Assembly: GCA_030697645.1 (NCBI GenBank) | Contig: JAUYPI010000014.1 | Coordinates: 12,136 to 76,135 of the forward strand | Length of the DNA stretch: 64,000 nucleotides | Source: a bacterium | Lineage (GTDB): Bacteria > Patescibacteriota > Minisyncoccia > Phycocordibacterales > VMGT01 | Direction: 5' to 3' | In this document: positions 27,109-36,926 of the stretch, one piece after another | How the letters are laid out: every line of letters begins with the position of its first letter | Numbering within the stretch: position 1 is the stretch's first letter | Notes under the pieces: model-generated | Told to the model about the DNA's origin: nothing | The model's database searches: none | Seen by the model: the letters and a program-made list of their open reading frames with translations, nothing else | Position numbers and translations under genes: made by a program

Positions 27109-27729
27109 TCAATAATTGGTGAATTTCACCGACTGGAGTATGCGGACCATGAGATCGCGCAGAACGGGATTTTTGTCCGTATAGACCGTATGTACCTGAT
27201 GTACCTTACCCTTCCGAAATATGAAGTCATCGAAGACAATAAGACGGTTCTTTTTCGTAGAAACGTAGCTCCACTCGACGGAGTATATTTTATTACCATC
27301 TCGCTCTTTCATGCTCGCCGCTGTTACCCGAACGCCCACCAACGATCGCCGTTGCTGAGCGATATAGAAATTGACCAGGTCTATGGGGTCGACCTTAGCG
27401 ACAACTGCCTCGGGCACAGAAAAAATAGCGGCGGGCGTAGAGCTTAACACATAGGCTTTTTTTACAATCCGTACCCCTTGGTCGGTGCGATCTCGTAGAG
27501 AAATCAAGCCCACCGAGTTGTTACTCAGGGTAGTAAAGGTGCGCTCGGAGACGCTCCAGTATTTCGGTACAAGCACGCGCACGCCACTGTCTTTGCTCGC
27601 ATATTCGGTGTCATACTGATATTCGGTCTCATACTGAAAGACGGTCTCTGCAGATACAAACAGCGACACTGCATGTGCCGCTACAGAGATGACAACAAAC
27701 GCGAGTATGAAACGGCCAAAAGAGTTCAT
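27109..27729 (-). CDS. Secreted hypothetical protein
   Basis: Signal peptide (FILAFVVISVAAHA) and a short internal duplication ETVFQYETEYQYDTEY. Confidence 0.5.
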   Translation of the reverse strand: MNSFGRFILAFVVISVAAHAVSLFVSAETVFQYETEYQYDTEYASKDSGVRVLVPKYWSVSERTFTTLSNNSVGLISLRDRTDQGVRIVKKAYVLSSTPAAIFSVPEAVVAKVDPIDLVNFYIAQQRRSLVGVRVTAASMKERDGNKIYSVEWSYVSTKKNRLIVFDDFIFRKGKVHQVHTVYTDKNPVLRDLMVRILQSVKFTNY

Positions 27730-27821
27730 GGTATTCTGTGATCCTGAAAATGCCAGAGGCCCTGTGGGAGATACCGTACCTCTGAGGCGTCTTGCACACT
27801 TTTTTTCTATACACAGTTTAA

Positions 27822-28697
27822 TTAACCCAGTCGCGACTTCTCCTCAATAGCCTTTCGGGCGACAGGAAGTTCGCCTATAAAGAGCTGGGGGGAAATGCCT
27901 TTGTCCGTCAAAACTATTTTCGCGTTGTCTTGCAAAGCACGCTGGGTAACTTCAAGTTGCTTGAGAAGTTGCGCGTTCCCGGTAAATGACTTGTTTATGA
28001 GATCAAAGGCCTGCGCCTGTCCTTCCGCCTCGAGGATGGCGGCCTGCTTCTTTCCTTCAGCTTCCTTGATCATTGCTCGCCGGTTGCCGTCGGCTTCTGT
28101 CTCTTTCGCTGTGGCAAAGTCGATGGCCGAGCGCTTACTGTTCTCTGCCTTGATAACCATGTTCATGGTTTCCTGAACGTCTCTCGGCGGAATAATTTCC
28201 TTCATTTCAACACGCACTACTTCAACGCCCCATTTACCTGTTTCTTTTCGTAAGATGTCGGCAAGCTCGGAATTCAGCTTCGAACGCTGCGAATTAACGT
28301 CCTTGAACGCCATGCCGCCAATGACGTTTCGTGCAGTCGTCTGCGCCAGTGAGACAATCTGGCTTCTGAAATCACTCACTTCATACAAAGATTGCTTTAC
28401 ATTGTCCTCATCGCGCTTGACCTGGAAGTAGATCATCATATCAACCTTCGCATTCAGATTGTCTTCGGTGATGATCTCGTGCGAAGCGATGTCCACCATG
28501 TTTTCGGTGGTGTCGACTTGCACCATGCGGTCGATAACCGGGATAATCCAGTGGAACCCGGGGTTGCAGAATTTTTTGTATTTACCCAAACGCTCAACAA
28601 CCGCTCTGCGTGTCGGCCTGACAATGCGTATCCCGGCGAGTATAAACACCGCAAGGATTGTGAGCCCCAGGAATTGGAAAGGTGATGCAGAGGTCAT
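27822..28697 (-). CDS. SPFH/band-7 (stomatin-prohibitin-like) membrane protein
   Basis: N-terminal TM helix followed by an SPFH domain and a coiled-coil AEGKKQAAILEAEGQAQA tail. Confidence 0.8.
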   Translation of the reverse strand: MTSASPFQFLGLTILAVFILAGIRIVRPTRRAVVERLGKYKKFCNPGFHWIIPVIDRMVQVDTTENMVDIASHEIITEDNLNAKVDMMIYFQVKRDEDNVKQSLYEVSDFRSQIVSLAQTTARNVIGGMAFKDVNSQRSKLNSELADILRKETGKWGVEVVRVEMKEIIPPRDVQETMNMVIKAENSKRSAIDFATAKETEADGNRRAMIKEAEGKKQAAILEAEGQAQAFDLINKSFTGNAQLLKQLEVTQRALQDNAKIVLTDKGISPQLFIGELPVARKAIEEKSRLG

Positions 28698-28749
28698 AGA
28701 TCATTATTTGTCGTCAAAAGTATAGCTCAGTATAACTCAATTCTTGTCG

Positions 28750-29277
28750 CTAGAGAAGCGAGGTTAGAAACACCCCTTCTCCTCCGTAAGGAACAGTAAA
28801 CCCATCGTCAAAGTTACGCTGTCGCACAGCGAGTCCATCACTCACGTGCCTACACGCTTCTTCCTTGCTCATAAACTCTGCTTCAGATTCTCGCAAGTAA
28901 GCAGGGGTCTGCCACGAATGTTCCAAGGTCGCTTTCTTCGATGGTTCGAGCCCGAAAAAAGCGCACTCTTGTCCAGCCGGTATCAACGCCAACAATTTCT
29001 TAACCATTGTAACGTCGTCGTCTTGATACGCGTACGCTTTCATCTCTGAAACCGAATAGAATCCATACGTGCTGTTCCATGTGTCGAGTATCGGGTATGT
29101 CACCACCATCTTAAAGGGGTGTGCCGTGAACGCTTTCTTGTATCCGTCTAAAAAGTGAACCCTGCAAACCTTCTGTCTCGTCGCTTTTCCTCCGAGCACC
29201 GGAGTAACGAGAACGTCTTTTGCGTTTGGATTTCTACAAATTTCACATTCTGGTTTTTTAAAAAAAGAAAGGGCCAT
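28750..29277 (-). CDS. Hypothetical protein with N-terminal CxxC ... CxxH zinc-ribbon-like motif
   Basis: ORF with protein-like composition and no recognisable family. Confidence 0.4.
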   Translation of the reverse strand: MALSFFKKPECEICRNPNAKDVLVTPVLGGKATRQKVCRVHFLDGYKKAFTAHPFKMVVTYPILDTWNSTYGFYSVSEMKAYAYQDDDVTMVKKLLALIPAGQECAFFGLEPSKKATLEHSWQTPAYLRESEAEFMSKEEACRHVSDGLAVRQRNFDDGFTVPYGGEGVFLTSLL

Positions 29278-29539
29278 ACAATAGAAAATGGCGGATATAC
29301 GGGGACCGCGCGACGGAGGGTTCCGTCACGCGTATTGTACCGCATACAACCTGAAGTCTCCGCGAGACGATACGAATGCGGGACACGGAATATACTAAAC
29401 ATCTCGCAAAAGCTGGCCGTTTGTGCTAGCGTAGGCTACCGTGGGGCAGAGCCCTGGTGATACTCCGTGGTCTTTTTTTTATACCTTATAGAGACTAGAG
29501 ACCGATTTTTATCAAAAGTCGTGCTACCCCGGGTGCGCC

Positions 29540-32020
29540 ATGTCCATAATGACTCTAAAAAATAAATGGGTCGGCGCTAGTATCGGCGCGGTACTACTCG
29601 CAGGGGGCACGATGCTCCTCATAAAATTCGTCTTCCCCGAGCCGGTACGTCGCCCCATCGTCAATGAAGCGCGCGGCCTCTATGTCGCGCTCGAGCGCCT
29701 TACCGAAATACCTCAGAGTCTCACCGCGCGCCTCAAGCCGCTGCCTGTCCCCGCCTATCGCCTGGTCATAGACCCCGAGCACGAGCGCGAGCTCGACGAC
29801 TACTTCAGGATCCAGGAGGGCAACCTCGATCGCGAAAAAATCTACGTGCCTGCCGTCTTTTACGACCCCGACGGCCGCCGCTACGACGTGCGCGTCACCT
29901 ATCGGGGCGACGGCGGACAACATTTTCGTTTTCCACAAAAATCGTGGCGCATTGTTTTCCCGGACGAAAGTCTCTTCATGGGTAAAAAAGCGATCACCCT
30001 GATCTACCCTGAAGAGAGAGAGTTCCTCGTCGAGGCGACGAACTTCCACCGCGCAAAGAAACTCGGCCTCGCGGCGCCGGAAACCGGATTTGTCTACCTC
30101 TTCGTGAACCGCCATGAAGCTGGCCTCTACTATGAATTCGAACACTGGTCCGAAGAGTTACTCGAGCGCAACCGTCTTAAAACCGACGGAAATCTCTACG
30201 GTGAGCAGGGGCTCGGGAGCGAAGACCTCTACCGATCGACGAGCCACTGGCAGCAATACGTCGCAAACGCGCCGGGCGCGGAACATAAGGAAGATCTCGC
30301 GCTGCTCATCGCCATCCTCAACCACCCGTCGGATGAATACTTCAATCGCAACATAGACGACATACTCGATCTCGAAACGTTCTACCGATGGAATGTCCAC
30401 GCGCTCCTCTCCGGGAGCGAGCACCAAGACGCGATCCACAATGCCCGCCTCTACTTCGACCCGACGCTTGGAAAATTCAAATATATCCCCTGGGACGTCA
30501 ACATCGGCGATCTTGAGGCGCCGATAGAGTCGAGGGGTATCGACCCGAAAGACTACAATCCACTCGTGCTCCGCATCCTCGCCCACCAGCCGTTCCTCGA
30601 GAAGCGAAACAGGCTCCTGCGAGAGTACCTCGCCGACTCGGAAACGGTCGCGGACGATTTTCGGTACTACGATGAACTCTACCAAACGCTTCGTCCGGCG
30701 TTCTACCGCGATACTCTGAAAAATTACTCGAACCGCTTTTTTAGAGAGGAGGTGGCCCGCTACCGCGACATCCTCTCGCGCAACATCGCCTACCTCCAAG
30801 AGCACTACCTCGAGGCCGAACCCCCTCCCGCGGCTCCGGCAGAGCGAGAACGCCCGCTCGCCGAGCCAGACGGAGAGTATGCGCCTCCGGTGCCGACCGG
30901 AGATGCATTCACGTATTTTCACGACATCAGCCGTTCTCCGGAGGAATTCCTCGCCGCACACCCCAACTTCTCGAAAGATACCGCCGGAGAACTCCACCTC
31001 GGGCCCGGGAGCGTTGTACTCCGCGCCACGACGCTGGTGCCAGAAAACACACGCCTTCACATCGAGGCCGGAACCGATGTCTTCCTTGACGCTCATGCAT
31101 CTCTCGTGAGCTACAGTGCCATAGATGCCCGCGGCACAGCGGAGCGTCCGATACGCTTTCTACCGCTCAGCCCTACAGAGCCGTGGGGCACCCTTGCGAT
31201 CATCGACGCGCCGAACGAGAGCCGATTCGAGAACGTCTTCTTTCTCCATACTGCGAAACGCCCCGACCCCCCGCTCTCGCCGGATGAGCACCGCACGATC
31301 GCCGGACCTATTAACGGGATGCTGTTTCGCGGTATGGTCACGGTGCGCCACGCGGCGGTCTCGATCGCCGCAAGCACATTTGCGCACGCTGCGGGGGACG
31401 ATGCGCTCTCGGTCCAATACGGCAGCTTCGCAATAACCGATTCGCTGTTCCGAGATAATAGCGCGGATGCGTTTGACGCCGACTTTGCGAGCGGCACTAT
31501 CATGCGCACTGCCTTTCGCGACAGCGGCAACGACGGCGTTGACATTGACGGCACGAAGGCGCTCGTCGAGGACGTGGTCGTAACCCGCACGGGCGACAAA
31601 GGGTTTTCGCTCGGAGCAAGCACCGAGCTCGAGCTCAAGAACAGCGTTATCGATACGGCCGATATCGGCGTCGCGATCAAGGACGACAGCAGCGCGACAC
31701 TCACCCATGCTCTGATCGTTGGAGCGCGCATTGGGATCAATATCTATCACGATAATCCGATATTCCCGGCGGCAACCGCCACGGCGAAAGTCAGTGCCTC
31801 CGTAATCGCTCAAAGTACCGAGCGTACCATTTCTGTGCCACGCGACGCCCAGCTTGCCATGGACCGAAGCATCATTGAGGGCGGTTTCCCCGGCTCTGCC
31901 GAGGACGTCATAGACGTTACGCCGCGCTTTCGCAATGCGGCAGCTGGCGATTACCGCCTGCTTGATGCTCCAGGCGGAGAGACGATCGGGTTGAGGTATC
32001 TTCCGAGAGTACCGCGCTAA
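29540..32020 (+). CDS. Membrane-anchored CotH-family atypical kinase domain fused to a C-terminal right-handed beta-helix (pectate-lyase-like) domain
   Basis: N-terminal TM helix; CotH-like block (KSWRIVFP ... KKLGLAAPETGFVYLFVNRHEAGLYYEFEH); C-terminal Asn/Asp/Gly-rich beta-helix repeats. Confidence 0.65.
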   Translation: MSIMTLKNKWVGASIGAVLLAGGTMLLIKFVFPEPVRRPIVNEARGLYVALERLTEIPQSLTARLKPLPVPAYRLVIDPEHERELDDYFRIQEGNLDREKIYVPAVFYDPDGRRYDVRVTYRGDGGQHFRFPQKSWRIVFPDESLFMGKKAITLIYPEEREFLVEATNFHRAKKLGLAAPETGFVYLFVNRHEAGLYYEFEHWSEELLERNRLKTDGNLYGEQGLGSEDLYRSTSHWQQYVANAPGAEHKEDLALLIAILNHPSDEYFNRNIDDILDLETFYRWNVHALLSGSEHQDAIHNARLYFDPTLGKFKYIPWDVNIGDLEAPIESRGIDPKDYNPLVLRILAHQPFLEKRNRLLREYLADSETVADDFRYYDELYQTLRPAFYRDTLKNYSNRFFREEVARYRDILSRNIAYLQEHYLEAEPPPAAPAERERPLAEPDGEYAPPVPTGDAFTYFHDISRSPEEFLAAHPNFSKDTAGELHLGPGSVVLRATTLVPENTRLHIEAGTDVFLDAHASLVSYSAIDARGTAERPIRFLPLSPTEPWGTLAIIDAPNESRFENVFFLHTAKRPDPPLSPDEHRTIAGPINGMLFRGMVTVRHAAVSIAASTFAHAAGDDALSVQYGSFAITDSLFRDNSADAFDADFASGTIMRTAFRDSGNDGVDIDGTKALVEDVVVTRTGDKGFSLGASTELELKNSVIDTADIGVAIKDDSSATLTHALIVGARIGINIYHDNPIFPAATATAKVSASVIAQSTERTISVPRDAQLAMDRSIIEGGFPGSAEDVIDVTPRFRNAAAGDYRLLDAPGGETIGLRYLPRVPR

Positions 32021-32160
32021 ATTCCAAGCTCCAACCAACAATTTCCAAACAAAGCTCAAATTCCAATGCGCCAAATCTCAAACACGCCATTATCTGTGTT
32101 TGGAGCTTGGGGTTTGGATATTGTGATTTGTTTGGAGCTTGTTTCTTGGAATTTGAAAAT
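32019..32160. repeat. Palindromic intergenic repeat element, family 1, copy A (about 142 bp, imperfect inverted arms of about 65 bp)
   Basis: Left arm aaattccaagctccaaccaacaatttccaaacaaagctcaaattccaatgcgccaaatctcaaac is nearly identical to the copy at 44400; right arm ... gtttggagcttgtttcttggaatttg is its imperfect reverse complement. Confidence 0.85.
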
Positions 32161-32167
32161 TAATGCC

Positions 32168-32899
32168 ATGCACACCCAACGCTTCGAATGGAAATATCTG
32201 GTAACGCCGACTGAGGCCGACCATCTCATCGGCGCTCTTCTTGCACGCGGGATGCGATGGGATAAAGTCGTCGCAAGCTCTCCATCGCATCACTACCCGG
32301 TGACGAGCCTCTATTTTGATTCGCCCGCGTTTCTCTGCTACCACGACAAACGACACGGCTTATACCGACGGTTTAAGGTACGCCTGCGCGGCTATACGAA
32401 GACGCTCGGACAAAACGCGCCCCTGTACCTCGAGCTCAAGCGCAAAGACGGCGATATCGTCACGAAAGACCGGATCACGCTTGCGCGCGGGGCGATGGAG
32501 ATGGTGGCAGCGCGAAACATCCCGGGACTCACGGCTCCCGCGCGGAGAGTCGGAGAGGCCGAGGAGAGAAAGGTCGCCCTGCGGCTCACGACGCTTCTTG
32601 CTAATTTTGCGCTGAGGCCCCGTATTATGGTACGCTACGACCGCCAGCCGCTTATCGGCACAGAGGCAAACCACCTGCGCGTTACGTTCGATCGCGCGCT
32701 TGAGGCATATCCGTATGCTCTCGGCGAGACGTACGCCACCGCCCTTCCGCCGCGCCGCTCGGTCGTGATGGAGATCAAATACAACGGCGCGATGCCGGTC
32801 TGGCTCCATACGCTTATCGTGCACGAGGGTCTTCAACGAATAGCATTCTCAAAATACTGTATCGGCGTCACGACGCTTCGATCACGTTTACTTATCTAA
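32168..32899 (+). CDS. VTC-domain (polyphosphate polymerase-like) protein
   Basis: VTC motifs (FEWKYLV ... TSLYFDS ... YRRFKVRLRGY ... LELKRK); start assigned to the Met downstream of the repeat element. Confidence 0.65.
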   Translation: MHTQRFEWKYLVTPTEADHLIGALLARGMRWDKVVASSPSHHYPVTSLYFDSPAFLCYHDKRHGLYRRFKVRLRGYTKTLGQNAPLYLELKRKDGDIVTKDRITLARGAMEMVAARNIPGLTAPARRVGEAEERKVALRLTTLLANFALRPRIMVRYDRQPLIGTEANHLRVTFDRALEAYPYALGETYATALPPRRSVVMEIKYNGAMPVWLHTLIVHEGLQRIAFSKYCIGVTTLRSRLLI

Positions 32900-32901
32900 C
32901 T

Positions 32902-33564
32902 ATGTTCACCGATGTACCAGAAATTGCCGCAGCGCAAGTCACCGCGCTCGCCGCGCTCACCGCTATCGCATTCTCATTCGCGCTTGCGTTCGCGATTGCG
33001 TTTATCTACCGCAAAACGCATCGCGGTTTTTCCTACTCGCCCTCCTTCGTCTTTACCTTGATACTCGTCGCAATCCTCTCCGCGGTAGTCATGCTGGTCG
33101 TCGAGAACTCTCTCGCGCGCGCATTTGCCATCCTCGGCACATTCACCATCATACGCTATCGGACGGCTATCAAAGACACGCGCGACACGGCGTTCCTTCT
33201 TTGGGCCATTGTTACCGGCCTTGCGGTCGGCACGACGAACTACGCCCTCGCGCTCGTCGCAACCGGCCTCGTTGGCATCGTCGTTCTCGCGCTTTCCAAA
33301 TTCGACTTCGGTTCCCTCAATAAACCTGAAACGCTTCTCTACTTCACGACGAAAGCCGAGCCGGAAACGTACACGCCTCTGTTCGAACAGTATTGCACAG
33401 CGCACCACATGCTCTCCGTGCGCGCCTCGGGCGGTACGCGATCACTCACCTACTCTATAACCCCTCTCAACGAAAGGGAAGCACACGCGCTCGTGCGCGC
33501 GCTTCAGAACGCTCCGCAGACCGACAACATAGAGCTCGTCTCGACCAAGGAAGATATCGAATAG
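32902..33564 (+). CDS. DUF4956-family membrane protein
   Basis: Four TM helices plus a soluble C-terminal domain; the family is classically encoded next to VTC and CotH genes. Confidence 0.55.
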   Translation: MFTDVPEIAAAQVTALAALTAIAFSFALAFAIAFIYRKTHRGFSYSPSFVFTLILVAILSAVVMLVVENSLARAFAILGTFTIIRYRTAIKDTRDTAFLLWAIVTGLAVGTTNYALALVATGLVGIVVLALSKFDFGSLNKPETLLYFTTKAEPETYTPLFEQYCTAHHMLSVRASGGTRSLTYSITPLNEREAHALVRALQNAPQTDNIELVSTKEDIE

Positions 33565-33576
33565 ACTGCGCGCGGC

Positions 33577-34998
33577 TCACGACGCGCCGCGCCGCCCAAA
33601 CCCGAACGCCCGTCGCGCGGCCACACCATAGGGTCGCGCGGCGCGCACGCCTATACGCAAGGCCTCGCGCGCAAAGTCCGCGTCTTCCTTGCCGAAATGC
33701 GTAAGGTCGCGCACGTGCAGCGCAAACTCCGGTGCGGAGCGCTTGAGATAGAGCACGAGCACGGTCGCCTTAACAAGAAGCTGCAGCCAGCGCTCGAGCA
33801 CAAGACCCCAGAGGCCGAGGAGTGGGAGGAAGATCAGCGTGAGCGGCAACGCAACCGCGGTTTTGACGACGCGGTTGAAGAAAAGAAATCTCTGCCGCCG
33901 CATGGCGCGGAGAAAAAATACGGGCAGTGACCCGATCGCGGCAATGGGAGCGGTTCCGGCAAGCGCGTAAAAATACGGAAGTGCGACGACATATTTCGGA
34001 AAGAAGAGGCGAACCGCGAAAGGGAACACCGCGGCTCCCGCAAGCACGCCGAGGAAAGTGAACGCCACCTGATATTTCACCCCGCGGAGGAAGACACGCC
34101 GCGACCACCGAGAATCATAGACGCGCATGGGAAGCAAAGTGCCGAGCGTGCGCGTCGGCACAAAGTTCGTCACTACAGCGATAAGAGAGCGCGCTACCAC
34201 AAAGAGCGCCACGGCTTCTGTGCTCACAAAAATTTTAATCAGCCATGGCTCTACCTGCTCCGTCACATGGCCGAGTAACCCTTGAGCGCTCGCCCACTTC
34301 CCATACGCCTTAAACGTGCGCGGTAGGATCCAACGCCGCACCGCCTTGAGTCCTCGCCATGGCGTATACGCACGGATGGCGGACGGCACCATGGTGACGC
34401 CCATGCCGAGTGAGCCGACGACGAGAGACCAAAGCACCACGCGCACGTCAACTTTTGAGGCACTCACCACAAACGCGCCGAGGAAGAGGAGTTGCAGCGT
34501 CTTCTGCACGACGCGCCTGCGCGCGATGGCGGCAAATCTGAGGCGAAAGTTGAGGAGAGACGTACACAAACGCTGCAGTACGTCAACCGCCATAAGCAAG
34601 GCGAGAATTTTTCCGAAACGCGCAACCTCGGAGCCGTATTTTTGGATAAAGAGGTTCGAGCCGAAAAAAAAGAGCACCGCAAGCAGAAGTGTCGCGACAC
34701 ACCGCAAGCCATAAAACTCCAAAAAGGCACGTTTCGCCTCACGCTCCCTGCCTTCGCCGATAAAACGCGACACGTCGTTGTCTGCGAATGTCATCATGAG
34801 CGATGGAAGCCCGATCGCAAACCCAAATGCGGCAAGCAGCAGCTGGAACACGCCATACTCGTAAAGTGAGAGCGCCGAAAGAACGATCAGGGCGTTCAGT
34901 GCGCTCACGCCGCGCTCGACGAGCCCCCAACCGCCGAACTGGAGCTCACCAAGCACATAGTGACGCAAAAAAGACACGCGTGATTGTGCTGTTGCCAT
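33577..34998 (-). CDS. Polysaccharide flippase (Wzx / MOP-superfamily oligosaccharide exporter)
   Basis: 473 aa with about 12-14 TM helices and Wzx-like topology; sits inside a glycan locus. Confidence 0.65.
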   Translation of the reverse strand: MATAQSRVSFLRHYVLGELQFGGWGLVERGVSALNALIVLSALSLYEYGVFQLLLAAFGFAIGLPSLMMTFADNDVSRFIGEGREREAKRAFLEFYGLRCVATLLLAVLFFFGSNLFIQKYGSEVARFGKILALLMAVDVLQRLCTSLLNFRLRFAAIARRRVVQKTLQLLFLGAFVVSASKVDVRVVLWSLVVGSLGMGVTMVPSAIRAYTPWRGLKAVRRWILPRTFKAYGKWASAQGLLGHVTEQVEPWLIKIFVSTEAVALFVVARSLIAVVTNFVPTRTLGTLLPMRVYDSRWSRRVFLRGVKYQVAFTFLGVLAGAAVFPFAVRLFFPKYVVALPYFYALAGTAPIAAIGSLPVFFLRAMRRQRFLFFNRVVKTAVALPLTLIFLPLLGLWGLVLERWLQLLVKATVLVLYLKRSAPEFALHVRDLTHFGKEDADFAREALRIGVRAARPYGVAARRAFGFGRRGAS

Positions 34999-35007
34999 GG
35001 TGGCGCG

Positions 35008-36855
35008 TTAGTTGATAAAACGCTCAAGCCAGAGCTCAAGGGTAATGAGTCTCCAGAGAAGAGAAGAATCCCCCGTGGGCTCTCGGAGCGTCTCGGTTAT
35101 GATCCTCTCCACGGCCTCGGCGTCCGTGTATGCGCCAGAGCGGCTCGTGGCACGAGCGAGGAGTGCGCGTACATCGGGCGCAAAATACCGTACCAGCCAT
35201 GCCGTCTGAAAGCTCCGGAAAGTAAACTTTTGCCTCTGCCACAGCGCGGGGGGAAGATACGCCCGCATTGCCCGCTGTAAGAGCACCTTGCGCATGTGCG
35301 GAGCAATTTTATAACGGTCCGGGAGAAAGAAGCAGAACTCAACAAGGCGCGTATCAAGATACGGCACGCGCAACTCTTTTGAAAAGTGCATGCTGATGTG
35401 ATCGTTGGTGCGGAGCACCCGCGGCAGTTTCGTGTACCGGATGTCGCGGTACTGCGCATTCAAAAGCGCAGAGTCAAACGGCATCGGAAAGATGCGTGTA
35501 CCACAGTGCTCCTGTATGCGTCGCCGAAATGCGGCGTCGAGCACTCCCGCGCCGGCTCGACTCGAGCGCTCGTGCTCTCTCGCGCGAGTGGGTATGATCC
35601 GCCGCGAACACGAGCGCCAGAACTTTCCTATTCCCTCATTTAGGGCCCGTACCAGCATGAATCGCGCGATGTCAAAGACGCGTGCTTCGCGCACGAGGTC
35701 GCGGTAGAACGGCGGCACATACGAACCGTATCCTGCCAAAATTTCATCAGCGCCCTGCCCCTCAAGAAGCACGGTGACTCCCGAGCGCTCCGCCGTAGCC
35801 CGATAGAGCGCATAGTAGGCAGCGGTCTGCATGCCGCCCGCAGGCTGATCCTCGATCGCCACAAGCTCTCGCGTACGCTCCCATACATCCTCGGGCCCGA
35901 GATCGCCCCTATGCCAGCGCGAGCACTCCGCATCGCTTAAAATACGTTCTAGGACGCGACACTCGCTGCTTCGCTCGTCAGCGATGCAAGCGGTAAAGAG
36001 GTGCGGCGAAGCACCCACCGCCTCTTTCGCGTAATAGTGGAGCGCGTTTGAGTCAAGCCCACTTGAGAGATTAAGCCCTACCGGTACATCGGAGCGGAAC
36101 TGAAGCCGCAGCGCATCGCGAATGAGAAAACGGAGCGTCTCCTCTGCCTCTGCCTCGCTTCGCGGTGCGGGCGGCACCGCTCGCTCGGCGAGATCCCAAT
36201 ACGCTCGCACGGACACTGCTCCAGAGCGGTACTCAAGTGTATGACCCGGAGGAAGCGACAGCACGCCGTCAAAAAACGTCTCCTCGCTGTGGTCGTGGAG
36301 TCCGTCCGCGAGATACTCGGCTACGGCGTGCTCATTGACACGCGGAGTGATGCCGAGCGCGAGCAAACCCTTAATCTCGGAGGCAAAACGGAACACTCCC
36401 CCATCAAGAGAATAAAAAAACGGCTTGATGCCGAAGTGGTCACGCGCGCAAAACAAAGAACCCTGTTCGCTGTCGTACATCGCGAACGCAAACTGTCCGT
36501 TAAACCTGAGAAGACACGCCGGGCCCCAGAGCACAAACGCCGCAAGTAATACTTCAGTATCCGTCTCAGTCCGAAACTCATACCGGCCGCGGAGCTCCTC
36601 GCGCAGTTCGATATAGTTAAAAATCTCGCCGTTAAAAACGACAACGTACCTGCCGTCCGCAGAGCGCATCGGCTGCACTCCGGCCTCCGAGAGGTCAATG
36701 ATAGCGAGACGGCGATGGCCGAGCCCAACACCGCGCGCCCGGTCAATATAGATACCGCTCCCATCCGGTCCGCGATGCGCGAGAGAGTCGCGCGCCCGAC
36801 AGAGCGCGCTCTCGTCAATCTCCCTCGCTCCGGCAATTCCAATGATGCCACACAT
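35008..36855 (-). CDS. Asparagine synthase (glutamine-hydrolysing) family amidotransferase (AsnB/WbpS-like)
   Basis: MCGIIG N-terminal nucleophile, GATase-2 domain, SGGLDS PP-loop motif (LSSGLDSN). Confidence 0.8.
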   Translation of the reverse strand: MCGIIGIAGAREIDESALCRARDSLAHRGPDGSGIYIDRARGVGLGHRRLAIIDLSEAGVQPMRSADGRYVVVFNGEIFNYIELREELRGRYEFRTETDTEVLLAAFVLWGPACLLRFNGQFAFAMYDSEQGSLFCARDHFGIKPFFYSLDGGVFRFASEIKGLLALGITPRVNEHAVAEYLADGLHDHSEETFFDGVLSLPPGHTLEYRSGAVSVRAYWDLAERAVPPAPRSEAEAEETLRFLIRDALRLQFRSDVPVGLNLSSGLDSNALHYYAKEAVGASPHLFTACIADERSSECRVLERILSDAECSRWHRGDLGPEDVWERTRELVAIEDQPAGGMQTAAYYALYRATAERSGVTVLLEGQGADEILAGYGSYVPPFYRDLVREARVFDIARFMLVRALNEGIGKFWRSCSRRIIPTRAREHERSSRAGAGVLDAAFRRRIQEHCGTRIFPMPFDSALLNAQYRDIRYTKLPRVLRTNDHISMHFSKELRVPYLDTRLVEFCFFLPDRYKIAPHMRKVLLQRAMRAYLPPALWQRQKFTFRSFQTAWLVRYFAPDVRALLARATSRSGAYTDAEAVERIITETLREPTGDSSLLWRLITLELWLERFIN

Positions 36856-36926
36856 TAAAAACACGACGCCACAGAGCGCCACACCACTAATAACAACAAT
36901 CAGCACGGGGACGTCACCACGGAAGC

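Noticed and set aside
27109-29277. A defence island comprising the secreted protein, the SPFH protein and the zinc-ribbon protein
   Set aside because: No nuclease, ATPase, methylase/restriction or other defence-associated domains are present. SPFH proteins are common housekeeping membrane scaffolds.
29278-29539. Promoter call in the AT-rich divergent intergenic region between 28750-29277 (-) and 29540 (+), including the T8 run at 29469-29476
   Set aside because: No convincing -35/-10 pair could be assigned without knowing the organism's sigma-factor consensus. It is noted only as a likely divergent regulatory region.
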